A stretch of DNA of 45,850 bases from an uncultured Bacilli bacterium (GTDB lineage Bacteria > Bacillota_I > Bacilli_A > RF39 > UBA660), in contig CANQIV010000002.1 of NCBI GenBank assembly GCA_947624135.1, forward strand, positions 1 through 45,850, written 5' to 3'. Shown here one piece after another: positions 27,579 to 35,322 of this stretch. A program made the translations under genes and the position numbers. The notes beneath the pieces were generated by a model. The model did no database searches. It worked only from the letters and a program-made list of their open reading frames with translations, and was not told the DNA's origin. The stretch's first letter is position 1. Each line of letters starts with the position of its first letter.

Positions 27579-29366
27579 TTATAATCCTCCACCACTACCA
27601 AATGAATCTAATTCTTCATCTGATACTATTACATTTATTCTCATACGTCTAGATCCACATATAAATAGTGCTTCTCCTTGAGAATATTGTTTTATACTTT
27701 CTTTTTCATTATCGTTTAAATCTATTAATCTAGATAAATCATCAACAGCTTGTTTCTTAAGTCCCATAACTAAATAATATGATGCATTATCAAATATTGC
27801 TTTTCCTTGAGTTATAACGCTTGGATCACTAAAATCTGTTGGTTGTTGAGTTATTATTATTGTACCTGTATTATATTTTCTTGAACGTCTTTGAATTTGC
27901 GCTAAAAAGTCAGCCCCTAACGTATTTCCACCACTTAAAAGTACATGTGCTTCATCTACCATCATTATAGTATTTATCGCACTATTTAATGTAAGTCCCC
28001 AAGCATATTTTAATATATTAAAGAATAATGCATTTCTTATATTAGTATCTGCATTCATAATTTCTTTTATATTAAATACTATAAAATTACTTTGTGGTTT
28101 AATTGTAGTATGACCATCAAAATAATATTTAAGTTCTTTAACTATTGGTCTTATTTTTATTTCTAGTCTTTCAAGAACATCTTTTTCTTGTGTCTTTTCA
28201 GGCATAGATAATATTCTACCCTTTATAGTAGCATACACATCTTTAAATGTTGGATAATCTTCAGAATTATATTTAGAAAAATCAGAATTAAAATCTATTC
28301 CAAATCTTTTATATGTTTCTTGAACTACTTCACTAAACATATTAACTACATCTTCTTCTATAGTTGGGTCATAATATTTTAAAAACGCTTTTATAGTTTG
28401 TAGTGTTCTAGTGAATACAGTAAAACCTAGTCCTTGTTTAATTTCATCATCATCTGCATCTACTACTACCTCAAGTGGATTAATCATACCAAATGATCCA
28501 CCTTTACCTAAACTTATGAAATCTCCATCAAAAGTTGTTGTCATCTCTTCAAGTTCTCCTTCTGGATCGATTACAACTATTTGATTATTATTTCTAATAT
28601 GGCTTCTTAAAAGTAATTTAGCTGCAGTAGATTTACCACTACCACTAGTACCAAGTATTATCATATTAGCATTATTTCTATTTGCTTCTTTTTTAATTTG
28701 ATATAAAAATTGATTAAATAAAATTACTCCTCCTGAAAAATCTATTCCAAGTAGTGTAGAAAGTCCAGGATCTTTTATACTATCAAATATAAATGGATAC
28801 ATTGCAGCAATAGTTGGAGATGGCATTGGAGTACCAATTCTATCTTCAATATCTTGCTTTTCATATATAGGCAATATTGATTTTAAAACTTTATCTTGTT
28901 CAAATCTAAGTGGTACTGCTCTCATTTCCATAGCTTCTAGATAATTTTTTACTTGAATTTTTTTCATATCAAGATCTTCTTGCGTATTAGCAGTAATCAT
29001 AACATGCATTTGAAAATCATATATTTTTGATTGACTTGCAGCAAGTTCTGTTATGAACATTTCAAGAGATTCATAATCTTGACGTATTCTCTCTTGTATA
29101 GTTTTATCATGTTCATCTTGATATCTTTGCTTTAAATCAGCAAGTTCTTTATTAAGCATTTTACTAATACTACTAAATGGAAGAGGTATATGTTTTATAA
29201 CTACTTTAATTCCTGACATACTTGTTAAACTACTTAAATATCCAGGATATACAAATTTAGGATAAGATATTATTGTTAATATACAAGCATATTTATCACT
29301 TATAATAAATTCATTAGGTTTAAACTCTAAACCTTTAGGCGCTATTTGACTTTTTATATCCATCAT
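27579..29366 (-). CDS. VirB4-family conjugative ATPase, C-terminal (motor) part
   Basis: 595 aa with IAPKGLEFKPNEFIISDKYACILTIISYP near the N-terminus. Walker A is GTSGSGKST and Walker B is MMVDEAH. Confidence 0.88.
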   Translation of the reverse strand: MMDIKSQIAPKGLEFKPNEFIISDKYACILTIISYPKFVYPGYLSSLTSMSGIKVVIKHIPLPFSSISKMLNKELADLKQRYQDEHDKTIQERIRQDYESLEMFITELAASQSKIYDFQMHVMITANTQEDLDMKKIQVKNYLEAMEMRAVPLRFEQDKVLKSILPIYEKQDIEDRIGTPMPSPTIAAMYPFIFDSIKDPGLSTLLGIDFSGGVILFNQFLYQIKKEANRNNANMIILGTSGSGKSTAAKLLLRSHIRNNNQIVVIDPEGELEEMTTTFDGDFISLGKGGSFGMINPLEVVVDADDDEIKQGLGFTVFTRTLQTIKAFLKYYDPTIEEDVVNMFSEVVQETYKRFGIDFNSDFSKYNSEDYPTFKDVYATIKGRILSMPEKTQEKDVLERLEIKIRPIVKELKYYFDGHTTIKPQSNFIVFNIKEIMNADTNIRNALFFNILKYAWGLTLNSAINTIMMVDEAHVLLSGGNTLGADFLAQIQRRSRKYNTGTIIITQQPTDFSDPSVITQGKAIFDNASYYLVMGLKKQAVDDLSRLIDLNDNEKESIKQYSQGEALFICGSRRMRINVIVSDEELDSFGSGGGL

Positions 29367-29905
29367 ACTAACACCGTCCCAAAAGTAGTAGTTTGACCAC
29401 CATTTAAGAAATTATCAAGAATCATTCTTAAATCGTCATTATTAGTTTGAAATGCAGTAAGTCCTGCACTAGCAAAATTATTTATTAAATTACGAATTCT
29501 TTTTTGTATTAAATCGTTATCTTTATCTTTAAACAATAAGAAATATTCAGTATCAACTACGTTGTTATTCATAAACATATTTGCTTTATTTATATCTTCC
29601 ATAATTAATTTTCTTTTTTTAGTGTCTGTAACTTGATTAAACAAAAGTTGAAGATTAGATAGATATACATTAATATCAACTGGTCTATCAGCTACAACAA
29701 TCCAAAATTCATAATCTATAGCATTATAAACATTTTTTAAATTGGCTATTATAGCATTTTGCATATCTGGATCTAGTATAAAGATATTTCTTGGCATTAT
29801 TTTTACTCCAGTAACTTTTTGATTATTATCAAGTACAATAACACCATTAACAATATTTTTTACAGGTACATCTGTATATTTACTTTTTACTTGTTTCTTC
29901 GCCAT
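29363..29905 (-). CDS. VirB4 N-terminal domain encoded as a separate 180-aa ORF
   Basis: VPVKNIVNGVIVLDNNQKVTGVKIMPRNIFILDPDMQNAII...EFWIVVADRPVDINVYL resembles the N-terminal region of Gram-positive VirB4 proteins. There is an ATGA overlap with the motor ORF. The lengths sum to 180+595 aa, close to a full-length VirB4. Confidence 0.6.
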   Translation of the reverse strand: MAKKQVKSKYTDVPVKNIVNGVIVLDNNQKVTGVKIMPRNIFILDPDMQNAIIANLKNVYNAIDYEFWIVVADRPVDINVYLSNLQLLFNQVTDTKKRKLIMEDINKANMFMNNNVVDTEYFLLFKDKDNDLIQKRIRNLINNFASAGLTAFQTNNDDLRMILDNFLNGGQTTTFGTVLV

Positions 29906-30200
29906 CGTCTAAACACCAACCCTTCCATATATATCTTTGTCTAGTAGTATAAAAATTCCATGCATTTTTTATCACAGTCCTTACATTGTGGTAATTAGGT
30001 ACTGGTATTACCAAAAAACCACATATAAGTCCGGGAGCAATAGCAATAACCGCAATTGAAAATTGGTTAACATTAAGTATCATCATGAGTAAAAATGATA
30101 CTGCTATTCCACTCCCAAATATTATTAAATCTACTGTGTTTAACCATCCAAATTTAAGCATACTTTTCTTTGAATTTGCTGGTATTAAATATGAATTCAT
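29880..30200 (-). CDS. TcpE/PrgI family (VirB3-like) small membrane protein
   Basis: 106 aa with YLIPANSKKSMLKFGWLNTVDLIIFGSGIAVSFLL and a second TM. It sits immediately upstream of VirB4, as in Gram-positive T4SSs. Confidence 0.7.
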   Translation of the reverse strand: MNSYLIPANSKKSMLKFGWLNTVDLIIFGSGIAVSFLLMMILNVNQFSIAVIAIAPGLICGFLVIPVPNYHNVRTVIKNAWNFYTTRQRYIWKGWCLDDGEETSKK

Positions 30201-30241
30201 CTAGTATCACACCCTTTTTATTTTTATTTTGAAAAATTTCA

Positions 30242-32272
30242 TTAATGTCTATTCTCTCTTTGTGCTTGTTGTTCAATAAGTTGCGCTCTTCTATATTTTG
30301 AACTACCTTGAATTTCAGCAGTTCTATCTTCTGCTCTTTGAACTGCAGCGCCAATGTCTGCTGCATTAACTGATTGTCCCATATCGTAATCACTATTCAT
30401 TTGTTCCATTTTATGAACATTTGAAGATACTATATAGTCTTGTGTTGCATCCTTAAACGCATTATCAAATCCTGATATTTGTGAATTTCCAATGTTTATT
30501 GAACTTTGACTTAAACTAGAAGCATTATTAATATATGCGTTTACTGCCGCTTTTCTCGCTTTAAAATATTCAGCGTTAGCTTCTGCAGCATTTTTAGCTT
30601 GAGTATTTAATCTATCTTGGAACTCTTCATCTGATTCATTTTCTTGTCTTTGAACTTGAGTATTTTTTAATATTTCATATTTATCTCTAAGAGCAGCTAA
30701 ATTTTTGCCATCAACCTGTATCATATTAGCTTTTTTATCTATTTCACTTTCAGCTCTACTTTTTGCTGCCTTACCAGCTTCAGCAAATTCTTTTAAGTGT
30801 TCAAGTTCAGTCTTATATTTAAGCGCTTCATTAGGTATAGATAAATGTCTTCTAATATTTTCTCCTGCTAATTCTAAACCACTAATGCCTAGTTGTTCTC
30901 TACTAGCACGATTTACCCTAGCTTGCATTGCTCTAGAATAAGCATTTGAAAAATTCTTACCAAATTTTTCTCCTCTAAGTGCTCCTCTTAATCCTCTAGC
31001 ACTTGCACTTAAACCACCTGCGACTGCGCTACTTAAGCTTCTAGCTGCAAAAAGGTTTGTTCCGAGTGCTGCTGCACCTGCTAATCCTGCACCTGCTAAT
31101 CCTTTAGTGAATCCAACAATTTTTTTACCACCTAATGCTTCATTTTTAAACTTTTTAATTGGATTTAATTGGAATCCTCCTCCATCAAGTTTAAGTCCTA
31201 ATCCTTCAAGTATTTTAGGAAATTGTTGAGCAAACATTAGGGCACCTATAAGTATAAATAAAAATACGAAAAAATTTGTTTGAGTAGAACCATCTACTAT
31301 ATCCGTCATAGTACCAAGCTTACCTATAATGTAAATTGCAAAGTATAAAGCAATTAACCTTAAAAATAAACTTGCATATGTTTTTAAACACATTTGATAC
31401 CATTTTTTAAATAAACCATCTTTACCGCTTTTAGGATCAACATAAGAAATAATTGGAACAGGTGCGATTAATTGTAAAAAAGCTAGTTTTATGCTTCTTA
31501 GTGCAACATCCATACAAAATGAAATAAGTATAAGCACTACTACCACTCCAAGTATTGTACTAAATAAGAATCTATATTGCATAATAAAGTTATCATTTTT
31601 TTTATCTGTTGCAAGTGCTAAATCCTGCCTAAATACTAAATCAAAATCATTAACTTGATAGCCATTTTCATAATTACCCAATGTTGTAGTGCTGAAATTA
31701 CTATTATTTTCCGTAAATTTTTCCATAGCATCAAAACATTTTTTATCTACACTGATACAATCTTGCATACCATCAATTGACGAATTAGGAAGGAAAAATG
31801 GTCGCATTGTATTATATACAATAACATCGCCAGCTTTACTAAAAAAGTTTGAACTAGTTTCATCATTTTCATTACCTAAAATAAGTTCTGCAAGAGAATT
31901 GTCTTCTAGCACTATTGTTTGGAGTTGAATTGCTGCATTAAATATATAAGGAGTTAAAACTAAAAGTCCCAAAGATATTACTATATTTAAACCAAGTTTT
32001 GATACACCTTTTGATTTATCCGAAAAATCATCAGGATTAACAATGTACATTATCAAAGAAAATGTTACTTTAAATACCATAAATACTGCAAGTAACTTAT
32101 AAATTTTATCTGCCATATTTATAATATCAGATTGAGATAATATTGAGGTTCTTGCTATAACTATTAATAAATTATAAACGTCGCCCATAAATCCATATAT
32201 GATGTTATCTAACGCAAAGAAAAATTGTCTAATCAATTTTTGGAACCACATATTTAGTGATAATACGTACAT
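30242..32272 (-). CDS. VirB6/TrbL/TcpH-like polytopic channel protein with a long Ala/Gly-rich and coiled-coil C-terminal tail
   Basis: 676 aa with about 6-7 TM segments in the first ~360 aa. These are followed by GLAGAGLAGAAALG..., then a charged helical region. SD is TAGGAGGAG. Confidence 0.7.
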   Translation of the reverse strand: MYVLSLNMWFQKLIRQFFFALDNIIYGFMGDVYNLLIVIARTSILSQSDIINMADKIYKLLAVFMVFKVTFSLIMYIVNPDDFSDKSKGVSKLGLNIVISLGLLVLTPYIFNAAIQLQTIVLEDNSLAELILGNENDETSSNFFSKAGDVIVYNTMRPFFLPNSSIDGMQDCISVDKKCFDAMEKFTENNSNFSTTTLGNYENGYQVNDFDLVFRQDLALATDKKNDNFIMQYRFLFSTILGVVVVLILISFCMDVALRSIKLAFLQLIAPVPIISYVDPKSGKDGLFKKWYQMCLKTYASLFLRLIALYFAIYIIGKLGTMTDIVDGSTQTNFFVFLFILIGALMFAQQFPKILEGLGLKLDGGGFQLNPIKKFKNEALGGKKIVGFTKGLAGAGLAGAAALGTNLFAARSLSSAVAGGLSASARGLRGALRGEKFGKNFSNAYSRAMQARVNRASREQLGISGLELAGENIRRHLSIPNEALKYKTELEHLKEFAEAGKAAKSRAESEIDKKANMIQVDGKNLAALRDKYEILKNTQVQRQENESDEEFQDRLNTQAKNAAEANAEYFKARKAAVNAYINNASSLSQSSINIGNSQISGFDNAFKDATQDYIVSSNVHKMEQMNSDYDMGQSVNAADIGAAVQRAEDRTAEIQGSSKYRRAQLIEQQAQRENRH

Positions 32273-32318
32273 GTTAACTCCTCCTAAAAGTATATAAAGA
32301 CTTTTATACCTATATCAC

Positions 32319-32327
32319 ATTATAACA
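32319..32327 (-). promoter_or_regulatory. Extended -10 element (TGtTATAAT) upstream of the VirB6-like gene
   Basis: It directly follows the terminator T-tract on the minus strand. No good -35 is present. Confidence 0.35.
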
Positions 32328-32360
32328 AAAAAAGTACAAATAATCAATATATTTGTACTT
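32326..32360 (-). terminator. Strong rho-independent terminator after paralogue P3
   Basis: On the minus strand: 11-bp stem AAGTACAAATA / TATTTGTACTT, a 7-nt loop, then TTTTTGTT. Confidence 0.8.
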
Positions 32361-32369
32361 AATTAATCA

Positions 32370-32756
32370 TTATTCAACTACATCAGCAGGTTCGCAAGCA
32401 TTAACACTTTCTTCACCTGTTATAAAGCAATTAAAGCATTTAACTACAGATGGAGCATCTTTACCAGATACGAATCTAATAATAGTTTGAGTTAATTGTA
32501 TTACAAAGAATACTATTACAGCAGCAACTATTCTTTTTATAAAAGTTTGTTGACCTTTTTTAATTTCATCTTCCTTAGAAGCCATTACTGCCTTTCCTAA
32601 ATCTAACATACCAAATACTATTAATAATATTGGTACTACAATTTTAATAATCAAAACTATTGTTGATATTACTTTTGGAAATGTACCAGAAAACACTAAG
32701 CCACCTGAACCACAAGTGTAATCTAAATCCATTGAAGCTTTCGCTAAAAACATCAT
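32370..32756 (-). CDS. Two-TM pilin-like protein with VirB2/TrbC-like topology (paralogue P3), candidate major subunit
   Basis: 128 aa: YTCGSGG...VVPILLIVFGMLDLGKAVMASKEDEIKKGQQTFIKRIVAAVIVFFV...KCFNCFITGEESVNAC. It has its own promoter, AGGAGG SD and terminator. Confidence 0.75.
   Translation of the reverse strand: MMFLAKASMDLDYTCGSGGLVFSGTFPKVISTIVLIIKIVVPILLIVFGMLDLGKAVMASKEDEIKKGQQTFIKRIVAAVIVFFVIQLTQTIIRFVSGKDAPSVVKCFNCFITGEESVNACEPADVVE
32503..32573. repeat. 71-nt segment near-identical (single mismatch) to 34987-35057
   Basis: ACAAAGAATACTATTACAGCAGCAACTATTCTTTTTATAAAAGTTTGTTGACCTTTTTT is identical in both copies. One T/A difference follows, then ATTTCATCTTC is again identical. Confidence 0.85.
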
Positions 32757-32779
32757 ATTTTTTCCTCCTAATCAATTAA

Positions 32780-32809
32780 ATTATAATATATATTGATACT
32801 AAATGTCAA
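32780..32809 (-). promoter_or_regulatory. Near-consensus sigma-A promoter for P3
   Basis: On the minus strand: TTGACA (32809..32804), an 18-nt spacer, then TATAAT (32785..32780). AGGAGG SD follows. Confidence 0.6.
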
Positions 32810-32814
32810 TATTT

Positions 32815-33939
32815 TTATTTTATTATATATGGATTTTCACTTGAACCAATACCTTCAGTGTATAATTCATTACCATCTACATATATAACGATATTATAAT
32901 CATTATAATCATTCGCATTTGTAGTACGCATCATACCATTGGATAAATATATTACTCCATATGTATTATCACTTACAGAGTTTAAAGTCCAAGTTGATTG
33001 AGCTACTCTATATAAATAGTTATAGTTATTGCAAGCTCTAGAATTTGTAGAATTACAATCTTGATCTAAACTAGCAGATGCATAATCAGATACATTTATT
33101 AGTGATATTACTTGTCCTTGTAATACCTCAGAACAATCTGTACTTTTGTTTATGGAATAATCATTTGATGAACGTTTTCCTATACAAACATCATAAGCTA
33201 CAATGTGCTCTCTAGCTTTTTTACTTATTACTTTAGAATTGTTATAATCATTTAGTAAATATTTTAATATTTGACTATCTTTATAAATATTTTTCCCATA
33301 ATAATGTTCAACATCAACATTATATTTATTATCCCAAATTCTATCTATATCTTCAGAATCTTCTTTAACTAATTTTAAAACTCCATTTGAATCTATGCTC
33401 ATTATTCTATAGTTAACCCCAAAGAATGTTATATAATTTTTAGGATTATCTCCTTTAAATATATATGTATTATCTATTTGATATAATCCTGAATCAGACG
33501 TAACTACATTTTCTTTTAATTTATCTACTAAATGAACTGTAGAATAATCTTTACATTTTAAATCAACTGTATAATTTAAGAATCCTTCTGCATTTTTTTC
33601 AACTGAATTTCCATTTCTTCTTACAGTAACGCTACCTGTACAAGTATCATCTTTAAGAGCCTTCGCAGGATCTTTTAAAGATGTATTTTTTACTAATTCA
33701 TCAAGAGTTACTTTAGCAGTTTGAGCTTCTTTTGTTGGTATCATATCTTTATTTTTAAAGTATACATTTGCAGCTGAAATCATTTTTTTCTCATACGCAT
33801 CATAATTCATTTTACGATTACTACAACCTTGAATGATTGCTAAAAAGATTATTAATAAAATTGGCAACACAAGTAAAGAAATCGCTATTATCAAAAATTT
33901 TCTATCTAATTTTTTTAGTGCATTTATCATGTCTTTCAC
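32815..33939 (-). CDS. N-terminally anchored, Cys-containing surface protein (possible pilus-associated adhesin)
   Basis: 374 aa with one TM (FLIIAISLLVLPILLIIFLAII). The ectodomain has paired Cys (DDTCTGSV...DLKC) and ends in GSSENPYIIK. No confident family assignment. Confidence 0.65.
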   Translation of the reverse strand: MKDMINALKKLDRKFLIIAISLLVLPILLIIFLAIIQGCSNRKMNYDAYEKKMISAANVYFKNKDMIPTKEAQTAKVTLDELVKNTSLKDPAKALKDDTCTGSVTVRRNGNSVEKNAEGFLNYTVDLKCKDYSTVHLVDKLKENVVTSDSGLYQIDNTYIFKGDNPKNYITFFGVNYRIMSIDSNGVLKLVKEDSEDIDRIWDNKYNVDVEHYYGKNIYKDSQILKYLLNDYNNSKVISKKAREHIVAYDVCIGKRSSNDYSINKSTDCSEVLQGQVISLINVSDYASASLDQDCNSTNSRACNNYNYLYRVAQSTWTLNSVSDNTYGVIYLSNGMMRTTNANDYNDYNIVIYVDGNELYTEGIGSSENPYIIK

Positions 33940-33945
33940 CTACTA

Positions 33946-34512
33946 CTATTTACATTCGCCACTTGAATTAACACCATTTAAGAAACAATTAGCGCAATTC
34001 ATTATACCACCATTATTATCTGATACAAAGCTAATTACTAATTTAACTATCGCGATAACAAAGAATACTATTGCTGCAGCAATTACTCTTTTAATCAAAG
34101 TTTGTTGACCTTTTTTTATTTCATCTTCTTTTTGTCCCATAACTGCTTTTACTAAATCCATCATACCAAATACTACAAGTAATACTGGTACTATTATTTG
34201 AATTATCATAATTATGTTATGAACTGTATTTGGAATTTTAGGATCGATATCAACTCCTGGAAGCACTGCTGCACATCCTGACAATTCATTTATCGAAGCT
34301 GTACCTGTAGATGTTGCTCCTGTGGATGTTTTATTTGATTCAGTTGATGTACCTACTTCATCATCCCATTCTAAGCATTCACCTCTTTGTGTATGATTAC
34401 AAGTAGGATCTTGACAAATTGTATCCCATTTTTTACAAGTTCTTGCAGATACATTTGGAATCATCAACATAGTAAGCATAATTAAAGTTACAAATATAAA
34501 TCTTTTTTTCAT
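33946..34512 (-). CDS. Two-TM pilin-like protein (paralogue P4) with signal peptide and an extra Cys-rich / Thr-Ser-Gly-rich N-terminal extension
   Basis: 188 aa: signal peptide ...NVSA, RTCKKWDTICQDPTCNHTQRGEC, then SGCAAV...IVPVLLVVFGMMDLVKAVMGQKEDEIKKGQQTLIKRVIAAAIVFFV...NCANCFLNGVNSSGEC. Confidence 0.75.
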   Translation of the reverse strand: MKKRFIFVTLIMLTMLMIPNVSARTCKKWDTICQDPTCNHTQRGECLEWDDEVGTSTESNKTSTGATSTGTASINELSGCAAVLPGVDIDPKIPNTVHNIIMIIQIIVPVLLVVFGMMDLVKAVMGQKEDEIKKGQQTLIKRVIAAAIVFFVIAIVKLVISFVSDNNGGIMNCANCFLNGVNSSGECK

Positions 34513-34515
34513 AAA

Positions 34516-34869
34516 TTACCACTCTTTCTTACATTTATTACTTATAAAGCAATCAACGCATTCTACTAAATTTGCTTTGCCAGTATTTGAAACCACACTA
34601 ACTATTAATTTTACAGCAGCTACAACAAAAAATACCATAGCTCCTGCAATTAATCTTTTTACAAATATTTGTCTTCCCTTTTTCATTTCATCTTCTTTTT
34701 GACTTGTTATACCTTTTACTAAATCAAGGCTTCCCATTATTACTAAAATTATTGGAACAGCTATCATTAGTATATTAATAAAATCACTTGTAAGTTCTGG
34801 TATTTTAGCAGGTATTGAGGTTACATTACCACAACTAACTTTACTAGTTAAAATCATAAAATTCATCAT
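34516..34869 (-). CDS. Two-TM pilin-like protein (paralogue P5)
   Basis: 117 aa: VSCGNVTSIPAKIPEL...AVPIILVIMGSLDLVKGITSQKEDEMKKGRQIFVKRLIAGAMVFFV...ECVDCFISNKC. There is an ATGA overlap with P6. Confidence 0.75.
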   Translation of the reverse strand: MMNFMILTSKVSCGNVTSIPAKIPELTSDFINILMIAVPIILVIMGSLDLVKGITSQKEDEMKKGRQIFVKRLIAGAMVFFVVAAVKLIVSVVSNTGKANLVECVDCFISNKCKKEW

Positions 34870-35312
34870 GTATTACCTCCCGTAGTTGTACATTTATTAT
34901 TTATAAAACATTCAATACAATCTACCATATTTCCAGTTTGACTCTTATCAGCTACCATACTAACTACAATTTTTACTGCAGCAAGTACAAAGAATACTAT
35001 TACAGCAGCAACTATTCTTTTTATAAAAGTTTGTTGACCTTTTTTTATTTCATCTTCTTTTTGACCCATTATTCCTTTTACTAAATCAAGGCTTCCAAAA
35101 ATTACAAGAACTATAGGAACAACTATTTGAATTATATTATATATTATATTTACCATTTTGGGTATAGAAGCTGGAATATTATTTACATTTCCACAACTGA
35201 CAACTGAACTTGAGAAATTATCATAACTTATAGCTCCTACAATGTCAATAAATATTACATTAATTAACAATATTATAGTTAAAATTAATATTGTTTTTTT
35301 ACCTTTCTGCAT
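34866..35312 (-). CDS. Two-TM pilin-like protein (paralogue P6) with signal peptide
   Basis: 148 aa: VSCGNVNNIPASIPKM...VVPIVLVIFGSLDLVKGIMGQKEDEIKKGQQTFIKRIVAAVIVFFV...DCIECFINNKC. SD is AGGGGG. Confidence 0.75.
   Translation of the reverse strand: MQKGKKTILILTIILLINVIFIDIVGAISYDNFSSSVVSCGNVNNIPASIPKMVNIIYNIIQIVVPIVLVIFGSLDLVKGIMGQKEDEIKKGQQTFIKRIVAAVIVFFVLAAVKIVVSMVADKSQTGNMVDCIECFINNKCTTTGGNT
34987..35057. repeat. Second copy of the 71-nt near-identical segment (see 32503-32573)
   Basis: Direct repeat in the same orientation, inside P6. It covers the loop/TM2 coding region. Confidence 0.85.
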
Positions 35313-35322
35313 ATACTGCCCC

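Noticed and set aside
30154-30393. 79-aa minus-strand ORF overlapping the end of the VirB6-like gene and the start of the TcpE-like gene
   Set aside because: It lies in an alternative frame across two better-supported genes. No SD is present, and the real genes leave only a 41-nt gap here.
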